Source: Fidelibacterota bacterium | GTDB lineage: Bacteria; Fidelibacterota; Marinisomatia; Marinisomatales; Marinisomataceae | Assembly (NCBI GenBank): GCA_965212055.1 | Contig: OZ243041.1 | Coordinates: 883,736-947,735 of the forward strand | Length of the DNA stretch: 64,000 nucleotides | Direction: 5' to 3' | In this document: in pieces, positions 10,248 through 18,659 of the stretch | Layout of the letters: each line of letters begins with the position of its first letter | How positions within the stretch are numbered: position 1 is the stretch's first letter | Program-made: the position numbers and the translations under genes | Notes under the pieces: generated by a model | Databases searched by the model: none | What the model was told of the DNA's origin: nothing | What the model saw: the letters and a program-made list of their open reading frames with translations, nothing else

Positions 10248-10800
10248 AAAATTAATAACTGAATCAATCGTACAGCATAGTACAGTGCTTGAGTCTTTAG
10301 ATCAAGATACTATCGGTAAAGCTGCACAACTTATTGTGGAATCAATACACAATAATAGCAAAATTTTTTGGTGTGGAAACGGGGGAAGCGCTTCTCAAGC
10401 AAATCATCTTTCTGCTGAGCTTGTAGGAGGTATGTATCAAGAAAAAACTAAACCATGTCAATCCATTTGTTTGAATGTTGATACAGCATTTATTACAGCT
10501 TGGTCTAATGATGATTCTTTTAATAATATTTTTGTTCGTCAACTAGAAGCACTAAGCAACAATGGAGATGTTTTAATTGTTTTGTCAACAAGTGGAAATT
10601 CTTTAAATATTGTCAATGCAACTAAATTTGCACAATCAAATGGTCTAACAGTTGTATCATTAACGGGTAATGGTGGTGGAGATGTAAAAAATTCTTCAGA
10701 TATCAACATCAATATTAATAGTGATAATACCCAACGTATTCAAGAAATGCATATCTTAGTAGGTCATATTATTTGCGAGATGGCTGAACAGTCACTATAA
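10240..10800 (+). CDS. gmhA: phosphoheptose isomerase (SIS domain)
   Basis: 186 aa. CGNGGSASQANHLSAEL, LSTSGNS and QEMHILVGHIICE match GmhA. Confidence 0.85.
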   Translation: MSEKLITESIVQHSTVLESLDQDTIGKAAQLIVESIHNNSKIFWCGNGGSASQANHLSAELVGGMYQEKTKPCQSICLNVDTAFITAWSNDDSFNNIFVRQLEALSNNGDVLIVLSTSGNSLNIVNATKFAQSNGLTVVSLTGNGGGDVKNSSDINININSDNTQRIQEMHILVGHIICEMAEQSL

Positions 10801-12063
10801 CTCCCAGTTTATTCCAATTCCTACTCTACTTTCTCCACTTTCGTTATTTGCAATAAAAATATTAAAAGCAGGAATTTCTTTTTTATTCCTACTGTCCATT
10901 GTTTTACCAAAAATAAGTTTGTATTTAACTATATCATTAATATTAATTCTTCTTGATGCTTTTATTTTATATTGATAACCAGAAAGAATTTTTCCACTAA
11001 TACCCATATGAAAAACTTCCGTAGGCTCAACTTCGAGATGATTAATAAATGAATTACCAAGAGTGTAATCTTTATAACCCCAACCCATGCTATAAATCCC
11101 ATGATTATAATATGCATCATTTACATATGGGGGATTCATATCTTGATGAGTTGTATCTAAATATTCAAATAAAATAGTAGTTTCTGGAATATAATTTTGC
11201 AATTCTATTCCCCATAATCCATCAATTTCGTTTCTAAATCTTAATCCACTAGTATCCTCAAAAAAATGTTGATAATATAGTTTTAGTATTTGATTATTAT
11301 TATTTTTTTGGAAAAACAATTCAGTCATACCTAAGTGATTTCCTAATGCATTTGGGTGAGCTCCTCCTTCATCAGGACCATCTTCAGATATAAAAACCTT
11401 TAAAAAATCTTTAAATGTATCTGGTTGATCTCCATCTATAACTGTACTCCCTCCCCACATTGCTTCGTGAACAAACCCAATACTAACTTGATAATTGTTT
11501 TTTCTGATATTCATATAAAGAAATTTTTCATGCAATAAAGGAGCTTTATTATAGGTATCATTTTTATCAAAAAATCCATGCGCGATTCCAAAATCAAAAT
11601 CAATTTTTTCAAGTTTTTTTATTTTTTGAGATGTTACTAAACCAATTTTTGGCATTGGTTTTGCATTATTGCTTATTAACATATGTCCAGAACTAAGTTC
11701 ATCGTTTAGATAATTACTGAAATCTCTGTAGTATCTTCCTACACGCAAAAATATCTTATCTGAAAAATTGTGTTTTATAAATGATTCGTTAAAATAAATG
11801 TTTTCTTCCTGTGCAAGAATATTAATTACATAAGTAGTTTTTAATGTTTCTAATTCCCAGTGACTTTGAAAATCAAAACTAGTAGGTGTTATTCCAAAAT
11901 TGTTTTTTTCTAGCCACCAAGAATCCAAAATGTCAGGATTTGATTGGATTTTAAGTTTAATTTCCTGTTCTTGTGTAAATAACAATGTGTTTGCTATAAA
12001 GGGAAGAATTACAAAAAGTTTTAAGAATTTATTGATTTTGATAATTTTTAACTTTTTTAACAT
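10795..12063 (-). CDS. putative secreted/outer-membrane beta-rich protein (possibly Wzi-like; function unknown)
   Basis: 422 aa. N-terminal signal-like hydrophobic stretch, aromatic/Gly/Asn-rich alternating pattern, ending GIGINWEL. The family was not recognised with confidence. Confidence 0.35.
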   Translation of the reverse strand: MLKKLKIIKINKFLKLFVILPFIANTLLFTQEQEIKLKIQSNPDILDSWWLEKNNFGITPTSFDFQSHWELETLKTTYVINILAQEENIYFNESFIKHNFSDKIFLRVGRYYRDFSNYLNDELSSGHMLISNNAKPMPKIGLVTSQKIKKLEKIDFDFGIAHGFFDKNDTYNKAPLLHEKFLYMNIRKNNYQVSIGFVHEAMWGGSTVIDGDQPDTFKDFLKVFISEDGPDEGGAHPNALGNHLGMTELFFQKNNNNQILKLYYQHFFEDTSGLRFRNEIDGLWGIELQNYIPETTILFEYLDTTHQDMNPPYVNDAYYNHGIYSMGWGYKDYTLGNSFINHLEVEPTEVFHMGISGKILSGYQYKIKASRRININDIVKYKLIFGKTMDSRNKKEIPAFNIFIANNESGESRVGIGINWEL

Positions 12064-13693
12064 AAAATTTCCAGTCCATTACTTCAATAGTTGCATGTTT
12101 TGAAATCTCAAATGACTGAAATTCTTGATTAGGAAATACTCTTTGTTCTAATCCATTAACAAGTAAATCAATTGGCATAACAAAATTTTCATTTACATTT
12201 TCCCATCTATAATAAAATTCAGAATCTGTTTGGTAATATTCTAAATGTGGTTGGTTTGGAGTATAAAAATACTGTTCAGAGAAATAAGAATAATCATTAC
12301 CTGTTTTTTCTTTTACTTTTGCAAAGAAATCTTCTGTATTGACATGGCTTCTTGCATTTTCAGTCATAAATTCTTTAAGAATTTCAAACCAAATAGTATC
12401 ATTATTGATTGCACTTCTTAAAGTATGCATTATCCAAGCGCCTTTCATGTATGTATCTCCGCTTAATGCCCAATGATTTTGATCTTCATTGCCAACAATT
12501 GGAATCTTATTGGTAATTCTTCCTTTTATACTTTTTAAGTAATCAACACTTATTGGGTAGCTATCAAATTTATCTTCAAAATAAATTGCTTCAGAATAGA
12601 CTTGTAATCCTTCATGAATCCAGATATGTGTAGGATCTGAAGCAGTTACGCTATTTCCAAACCATTCATGCCCTGTTTCATGAATAATTAATGGATCTAT
12701 AACACCATACATAGCCCAACTACTACTTCTAACACCATTATAAATACTAAAACCATTTCCATAGGTTACAGCTGATTGATGTTCCATCCCTAAATATGGA
12801 GCTTCTACTAATTTATATCCATCTTCCCACCATTGATAGTCGCCAAAATATTTCTCATAGAAACGAATAACTTCTTTTGCTTGTTGGAAATAGTTTTTTG
12901 CAACATCTTGATTGTAGTCTAGGACATAATGGTTAATATTATAAATAGTGGAATCTTTAATAAAAGTATCTTGAACAGCAACATAATGTCCAATTTGAAC
13001 TGATATGTTATAATTATTAATTGGATTATTTACGAACCATTCATATGTCGTTTTATCTCCATTTTGTATAGTATTTCTCAATTGGCCATTTGCTACACAC
13101 ATTAAGTCTGATGGAACTGTAAAAGCCATTTTAACACTATCTGGTTCTTCGGTGATATGATCTTTATTTGGCCACCAAATTCGTGCTCCTTCGCCTTCAC
13201 AAGAAACAGCAACCCAATCTCTTCCATCTTTATCCTTTGACCATGTAAACCCTCCTGCCCAAGGGGGATTGATAGCTCCTTCAGGAACGCCTTCATAGTA
13301 CACAGTGAAATCAAATAAAGTATTATTAAGAATTGTATTTGGAAAAACAACTAATACTGCATCTTCTTCACGACTATATTCTAATTCATTATTTTCATAA
13401 GTAATTTTTTTAATATCTAAATCTTTTGTTAAATCAACCTGTAAAACATCTATATCACTTAAGCTTTTTGCTTTTATTGTTACAAATCCATCCAAAGATT
13501 GGTTCTCAATATCAAAATCAATATTGATATCATAGTATGTAACATCGTATGAAGCACGATGCTCATTTAAAAACCCCATAAGGTGGTTATTTCTACTTAA
13601 TGGAGGTATTTCATCTCCACCATGTGGTCTAGGATTGCCACAACTAACAATTAAAAAACATAAAAATAAAATATTAATCAATTTTTTTTTCAT
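12029..13693 (-). CDS. M1-family zinc metallopeptidase (aminopeptidase N-like) lipoprotein
   Basis: Gluzincin motif HETGHEWFGN plus downstream WIHEGLQVYSE. The start is taken at MKKKLINILFLCFLIVSC (lipobox) rather than the upstream ATG at 13777. Confidence 0.8.
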   Translation of the reverse strand: MKKKLINILFLCFLIVSCGNPRPHGGDEIPPLSRNNHLMGFLNEHRASYDVTYYDINIDFDIENQSLDGFVTIKAKSLSDIDVLQVDLTKDLDIKKITYENNELEYSREEDAVLVVFPNTILNNTLFDFTVYYEGVPEGAINPPWAGGFTWSKDKDGRDWVAVSCEGEGARIWWPNKDHITEEPDSVKMAFTVPSDLMCVANGQLRNTIQNGDKTTYEWFVNNPINNYNISVQIGHYVAVQDTFIKDSTIYNINHYVLDYNQDVAKNYFQQAKEVIRFYEKYFGDYQWWEDGYKLVEAPYLGMEHQSAVTYGNGFSIYNGVRSSSWAMYGVIDPLIIHETGHEWFGNSVTASDPTHIWIHEGLQVYSEAIYFEDKFDSYPISVDYLKSIKGRITNKIPIVGNEDQNHWALSGDTYMKGAWIMHTLRSAINNDTIWFEILKEFMTENARSHVNTEDFFAKVKEKTGNDYSYFSEQYFYTPNQPHLEYYQTDSEFYYRWENVNENFVMPIDLLVNGLEQRVFPNQEFQSFEISKHATIEVMDWKFYVKKVKNYQNQ

Positions 13694-13892
13694 AATAGGT
13701 TGTTGATTGAAACATGTTTTTTGCAAAAATAATGAAATACAATAGAAAACAGAACAAAATCCATAATACAATGGCAAAAGCTTCCTTAATTAATGGAGAA
13801 GTCAATAAGAGAAATAGGATATAGATAATTGCTATATAAATAATCCATTTTATCCAATTAGGCTGACTCCATAGTTTAAATAATAAATTCAT
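13674..13892 (-). CDS. possible small two-helix membrane protein
   Basis: 72-aa ORF with two hydrophobic stretches, between the flippase fusion and the peptidase. No recognisable family. It could be spurious in AT-rich DNA. Confidence 0.2.
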   Translation of the reverse strand: MNLLFKLWSQPNWIKWIIYIAIIYILFLLLTSPLIKEAFAIVLWILFCFLLYFIIFAKNMFQSTTYYEKKID

Positions 13893-13894
13893 TA

Positions 13895-16546
13895 TTATAA
13901 GTTACTCTTATCTATATTAACAACTAAATCACTTGCAATACAAGACCAATCGTAATCTTTTGCTATCTTACTTGATTGTTTTCCCATTTGTTTAATTAGA
14001 TCTTTATTATCAATCAAATTTTGTATAACACTTGTAAGTTCTCTATCGTTATTTCTTTCAAAGATAACACCATTAACCTGATCTTGTATACAATCTTTAG
14101 AACCAACATTATTAGAAACAATAACAGGTAATCCAGATGCCATAGCTTCTAAAACTACTAACCCAAATGATTCATGTATAGAAGGAAGAACAAAAAGTGA
14201 TGCTTGAGAATAATTTTGTAGTGGAGAACCAGATTCAACTAATACAGAAATACCTTTCTCCATTAATTTATCTTTATATTCATTAAATATATCTTCAAAA
14301 TATTGTGTTATATGACCATTAAATATAAGATTGATTTTATCAGAGGAGTTTATATTAAGCATTGCTTTGAGTAAAAGATGTACGCCTTTTTCCGGATTGA
14401 CATTCCCTACAAATAAAATATTAAACTCTTTATTATTTTTTCTCTTATCTAAACTATCATATTTTTGGAAATCTACACCTAGTGCGCAATTAATAAGTTT
14501 TTCTTTTTTTATATTATTAACTAAATAAGATTTTTCAACTAACGATGAAATACACCAAATTTTGTCTACTATTTTAATCTCTGCTAATTGTCTTTGTATT
14601 CTTTCAGCAAGTATGGGTTCATTTTTCAAACCTATTCTTTTATATTCTTTTTCTAAATAGTCTTTTTGTACATTTGGATGCATCCATTGAGAATGTAGAA
14701 TTGCTTTTCCACCACGTTTTTTCACTTCTTCAAATGAGTATAAAGACATTCCATTGCGTCCAATAATAATTGTATCACTATTAACTTCTATTATATTTTG
14801 TTGAATAAGATTTGTTAATTTTTTATCATAATAGATAAATTCGTCTAATAGTTGTTGATTAACACTGGTAGAAAATACTATTCTTTTAAATTTATTATAA
14901 CCTCTTATAGCAAATTCAAAAATCTTATTGGTACCAATATTATGATATTTACAAATTGATATATCAACTTCTCCCCTGCCAACCCATACAATATTATAAC
15001 CTAATTTTTTAAGATTTTTAACAAGCATAATGTCAGTACTTTTAGTTGCACCCAACAGATTAACATTATGTGAACCTGAATAAATGATAAAATTCATTTT
15101 CCTCTGATTTGAAGAATTGTTGGATAAAATATTAAGATTTGAAGAAGACTCAGAATTTTGATATTCATTTAAAATAATTTGAATATCTTTCAAATAAGTT
15201 ATATACAACATTATGAATAATACGATGAGCAATAATAGCTTATGAATCAAAGATAGTGTAAATAAATTGTTGGCTCCCCATAATAACAGACCCGTGAAGA
15301 AGAGTAGAAATAATATCTTTGTAAAATATGATAGATAACCTTTATGAATCAACTTCTTAACATAAACCTGGTAAGTGTAGAAAACTGATATATTCCCTAC
15401 TATAAAAACTGCAGCTGCAGCACCTGTAGTACCATATAAATCTGTTAAGAAATATAGCAAAGGTATTAATGCTAATAAATTTATTATTGCTACTTCCATA
15501 TCAACTTTTGTGTAACCATATGTATGTAATAATGGAGCAACATTGCTTGATACAGCTTTAATGAGTACAACCACAATAAATATTTGTAGTAAAAGTGATG
15601 ATGGGAGCCATTTTTCACCATATACAAAGAGTATAATTTCTTGAGAAAATAATAAAATTATAAATACTGGAATAAAATAAATAATTGCTGTTATTACCGT
15701 AATCATATCAAATAATTTAATTTGATCTTTAAGATTATCAAGCTTAGCAAGAGTTGGAAAAAGAACTTTATTAATGGCAGCTCGAATAAAAAATAAATAA
15801 TGACTGATTTGGAATGCCATCCAGTAAAATCCTAACGATTTTTCATCTATCAACAAATCCACAAGGTAATAATCAATATTGGTAGATATAAAAACAAGAA
15901 TTGTACTAATCAATAATGGATATCCAAAAACCATGGATTCTCTAAATATTTTATAATCTATACGGAGCTTGGGTCTATATGGCAAAATAAACCAGATTAA
16001 TACTGATTCTACAAGTGAAATAGTTACTTTCCACCACACTAAACTCCATATACCATAATTGTTATATGCCAATGTAATTCCAACAATGCCACCAACGACA
16101 TGAGATACCAACATTGGCATATTTGCTTTAACAAATGATAATTCTTTTTCAAAAAGTGCTTTTGGTTTCACAAGCGGGTTATACAACAATACTATGCAAA
16201 AGATTTGGATATATTCTGTAAGGTGAGATTTATCAATCCATGCTAAAATTGTTGGTAACAAGAAAAGAGAAAATAATATTAACAACAACCCCCATATTAA
16301 TTCAACGGTAAAAATTGTATCTAATATTTTATAAGGATTCTTTTTTTCTTTAATAAGAAATTTATCTCCATGAAGACTCCCAAAACTATTAAGAAACATC
16401 GCAACTAGGCTAATAAAAGCAAAAACACCAAATTCCGATGGCTCCAAAATTCTAGCAAGAGTAACTTGGACAGTAAAAAGTGTAATAACCTGCAATATGG
16501 TTATTACACTTACTGTGATTCCTCCAGAAATCAGTCTTTTTAACAC
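13895..16546 (-). CDS. fusion protein: Wzx-type polysaccharide flippase (MOP superfamily) + family 4 glycosyltransferase
   Basis: 883 aa in a single uninterrupted frame. Residues 1 to about 470 are polytopic (12 or more hydrophobic helices, typical Wzx). A Ser/Asn linker follows. Residues 484-883 (from the Met at 15097) are a GT-B domain with EKGVHLLLKAM and PSIHESFGLVVLEAMASGLPVIVSN. Confidence 0.75.
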   Translation of the reverse strand: MLKRLISGGITVSVITILQVITLFTVQVTLARILEPSEFGVFAFISLVAMFLNSFGSLHGDKFLIKEKKNPYKILDTIFTVELIWGLLLILFSLFLLPTILAWIDKSHLTEYIQIFCIVLLYNPLVKPKALFEKELSFVKANMPMLVSHVVGGIVGITLAYNNYGIWSLVWWKVTISLVESVLIWFILPYRPKLRIDYKIFRESMVFGYPLLISTILVFISTNIDYYLVDLLIDEKSLGFYWMAFQISHYLFFIRAAINKVLFPTLAKLDNLKDQIKLFDMITVITAIIYFIPVFIILLFSQEIILFVYGEKWLPSSLLLQIFIVVVLIKAVSSNVAPLLHTYGYTKVDMEVAIINLLALIPLLYFLTDLYGTTGAAAAVFIVGNISVFYTYQVYVKKLIHKGYLSYFTKILFLLFFTGLLLWGANNLFTLSLIHKLLLLIVLFIMLYITYLKDIQIILNEYQNSESSSNLNILSNNSSNQRKMNFIIYSGSHNVNLLGATKSTDIMLVKNLKKLGYNIVWVGRGEVDISICKYHNIGTNKIFEFAIRGYNKFKRIVFSTSVNQQLLDEFIYYDKKLTNLIQQNIIEVNSDTIIIGRNGMSLYSFEEVKKRGGKAILHSQWMHPNVQKDYLEKEYKRIGLKNEPILAERIQRQLAEIKIVDKIWCISSLVEKSYLVNNIKKEKLINCALGVDFQKYDSLDKRKNNKEFNILFVGNVNPEKGVHLLLKAMLNINSSDKINLIFNGHITQYFEDIFNEYKDKLMEKGISVLVESGSPLQNYSQASLFVLPSIHESFGLVVLEAMASGLPVIVSNNVGSKDCIQDQVNGVIFERNNDRELTSVIQNLIDNKDLIKQMGKQSSKIAKDYDWSCIASDLVVNIDKSNL

Positions 16547-16606
16547 CTATCTTCCTGCTTTCTGTGAATTATAAATTGTATAAATGAAGTTTATCATTTC
16601 GCAGTA

Positions 16607-17320
16607 TTATAACACAAAATAATATAATTTTTTATAATAATCTAAAGCTTCATCATAAATAGAATGGTACTCTTTTGGTACATTATTAGATCTATTTTCA
16701 AATTTTTCAAATTTGGTAGTATTAATAATATTGTTATACCAATGTTTCCACCAAATACCATCAGTAGAATATGGACCTTTCTTCCAATTAAGCATTTTTT
16801 TATCAAACTTAATATTCAAATGATTGCACCAATGATTTAAGATACTTTCAGGATTGTTTAATAAAGTAGAAACATCAATAACTAAAATATTTTTTTTGAA
16901 TTTTTGCAAATATTTAATTAATTCATATTGCTGAGGATAACCAAGTTCACTGATATGATTTAATTTGTTTTTTTTAATATAAGAGCTAATCACATCTTTT
17001 GGGTGTCTTATCAAAAATGAATTATGGAAATCTTTTATCCATTCAATATTTTCTAAGTTGATTAAATGGTGGGCCATATGTTTTTGATACCATATATTTT
17101 TTGATTGAGGAATTTCTTTAGTAATAGCATTGACTACTGAATCATATGAATTTGGATAATAATTAATAATTTCTTCATGCATTGGATGTTTTAGTTTTTT
17201 TTCTTTTAAATAATATGCATAAAAAGGCTCATCAGTCACAAAGGTATCGTCTCTTGATGACCAAGAACGCATTAATGCAGTAGAAATATTCCTAGGACCT
17301 GACCAACAAGCAATTTTCAT
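16607..17320 (-). CDS. sulfotransferase-like P-loop protein
   Basis: 237 aa. N-terminal WSGPRNISTALMR resembles the 5'-phosphosulfate-binding loop, and LIRHPKDVISSY resembles the R-x-P-x-D-x3-S 3'-phosphate-binding motif of PAPS sulfotransferases. An APS kinase lies in the same gene run. Confidence 0.5.
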   Translation of the reverse strand: MKIACWSGPRNISTALMRSWSSRDDTFVTDEPFYAYYLKEKKLKHPMHEEIINYYPNSYDSVVNAITKEIPQSKNIWYQKHMAHHLINLENIEWIKDFHNSFLIRHPKDVISSYIKKNKLNHISELGYPQQYELIKYLQKFKKNILVIDVSTLLNNPESILNHWCNHLNIKFDKKMLNWKKGPYSTDGIWWKHWYNNIINTTKFEKFENRSNNVPKEYHSIYDEALDYYKKLYYFVL

Positions 17321-18231
17321 AATTTAGATTTTATATAATTTTCAATATCTTGAAGATATAATGTTCTTATCTTATTTGTGATGGAGTCCTTATTTGTTGA
17401 TTCTAAAGATTTATCTTCTAAGATTGAAACTGGTACAATGCCTCCAAACGTTCCAGTAACAAATGCTTCTTGACAATCTTCTATATCTTTAAAAATAAAA
17501 TTTTTTTTAGAAATCGGAATATTATTTATTTTGCATAATTCTATTGTTTTTGATCGAGTAATTCCATTGAGACAATATTTCCCTTTCGAAGTAATAATTT
17601 CATTATTCTTAATGAAAAAAAGGTTAGTTGAATTACATGTGCTAATAAAACCATGCATATCATTCATAATTCCTTCATCATAGCCAAGCTTATTTGCTTC
17701 TATACTCGCTAAAATACAATTTAATTTACTTAATGTATTATACTGTGGATTCAGTATTTCATTATTTGGTCTAATATTTTTGACTCTTCCAATTTTAATA
17801 CCATTCTTATAGGTACTAGAATCTGCTTTCTTATATTCAGGAATAATAACAAAGTTTATTGGACCCACATTTGCATTAGGATTTTGATAAGGAGTAATTT
17901 TATTCCCACGAGAAACTACTAAACGAATATGTACATCATCTTTCATATTATTTTTTGTTAACGTTTTATTGATTTCATTTATGATATACTCTTTTTCAAA
18001 ACCAATATGGAGTGAAATCCCTTTTGCGCTTTCATAGAGACGATCTAGGTGCTCTTCAATATGTATCAAAACAGATTGATGAAATCTAATTCCTTCCCAG
18101 ATTCCATCTCCAAGTAAAAAACCACTATCAAAAACTGATATTTTTGCTTCGTTTCTTTTGAAAAATTCTCCATTAATGTTTATTAAGACAGCTTCATTTT
18201 TTGGATTTACTATGAAAGAATGTGTACTCAT
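17317..18231 (-). CDS. class IV (fold type IV) PLP aminotransferase (BCAT / D-amino-acid aminotransferase / ADC lyase family)
   Basis: The start is taken at MSTHSF (18231) because the upstream ATG lies inside the tRNA. EAKISVFDSGFLLGDGIWEGIRF and a C-terminal EAFVTGTFGGIVPV-type block are typical. Confidence 0.8.
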   Translation of the reverse strand: MSTHSFIVNPKNEAVLININGEFFKRNEAKISVFDSGFLLGDGIWEGIRFHQSVLIHIEEHLDRLYESAKGISLHIGFEKEYIINEINKTLTKNNMKDDVHIRLVVSRGNKITPYQNPNANVGPINFVIIPEYKKADSSTYKNGIKIGRVKNIRPNNEILNPQYNTLSKLNCILASIEANKLGYDEGIMNDMHGFISTCNSTNLFFIKNNEIITSKGKYCLNGITRSKTIELCKINNIPISKKNFIFKDIEDCQEAFVTGTFGGIVPVSILEDKSLESTNKDSITNKIRTLYLQDIENYIKSKL

Positions 18232-18234
18232 GAG

Positions 18235-18306
18235 TGGGCCCACAGGGATTTGAACCCCGAACCTGCGGATTATGAGTCCGTTGCTCTACCATTGAGCTAT
18301 GGGCCC
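18235..18306 (-). tRNA. tRNA with CAU anticodon (elongator Met or lysidine-modified Ile2; not initiator)
   Basis: The reverse complement GGGCCCAUAGCUCAAUGGUAGAGCAACGGACUCAUAAUCCGCAGGUUCGGGGUUCAAAUCCCUGUGGGCCCA folds by hand. Elements are a 7-bp acceptor stem, D stem GCUC/GAGC, anticodon loop CUCAUAA, and T arm CGGGG-UUCAAAU-CCCUG. A G1-C72 pair argues against initiator. CCA is not encoded. Confidence 0.92.
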
Positions 18307-18317
18307 TTATCTAAAAA

Positions 18318-18659
18318 TTATTTTCTAAACAATTTTTTTCTTATTTTTGTAGCAGAAATTTTTCCTATACTATCTGGTGGAATATGTTCAATGATATCAT
18401 AACCTACCCCACGCCCATAATTTACAGATTCAATATCAGGTATAATAATAACTTTGATTCTATTACTTTTAACCAAATCTTGAAGTTTATTTTCAATATT
18501 GTTTTTTACATCTTCAGGATCATAAGGATTTTTATCATTTGTACTTACTTCTCTTATACAAATAAGAACATTTTTCCCTTCATTTAGTCGTTGATCAATT
18601 AACCAACGATGTCCATCATGCCACGGTTGCCATCTTCCTATAAACATTGAGTATTTCAT
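18318..18659 (-). CDS. minimal HxGH-type nucleotidylyltransferase (cytidylyl/adenylyltransferase superfamily)
   Basis: 113 aa carrying both superfamily motifs, GRWQPWHDGH and ISATKIRKK. The start overlaps the 3' end of the APS kinase gene. Substrate unknown. Confidence 0.6.
   Translation of the reverse strand: MKYSMFIGRWQPWHDGHRWLIDQRLNEGKNVLICIREVSTNDKNPYDPEDVKNNIENKLQDLVKSNRIKVIIIPDIESVNYGRGVGYDIIEHIPPDSIGKISATKIRKKLFRK

Noticed and set aside
13694-13777. Upstream extensions of the M1 peptidase (13694-13777), adenylate kinase (47867-47920), the TonB receptor (38605-38634) and Skp (58894-58941).
   Set aside because: In each case an internal start gives a canonical N-terminus (lipobox or signal peptide, P-loop at residue 7, an SD-spaced start). 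The extension is non-homologous or overlaps the neighbouring gene.
18235-18306. tRNA gene as an integration site marking a genomic island boundary.
   Set aside because: No integrase, transposase or direct repeat of the tRNA 3' end was noticed nearby, and flanking genes on both sides belong to the same functional module. The idea is kept only as background for the locus-level finding.
18220-18402. 60-aa plus-strand ORF (MCTHEWAHRDLNPEPADYESVALPLSYGPL...).
   Set aside because: It is the antisense reading of the tRNA gene and the neighbouring gene ends. The RDLNPEP...ALPLSY pattern is the classic artefact of translating a tRNA complement.
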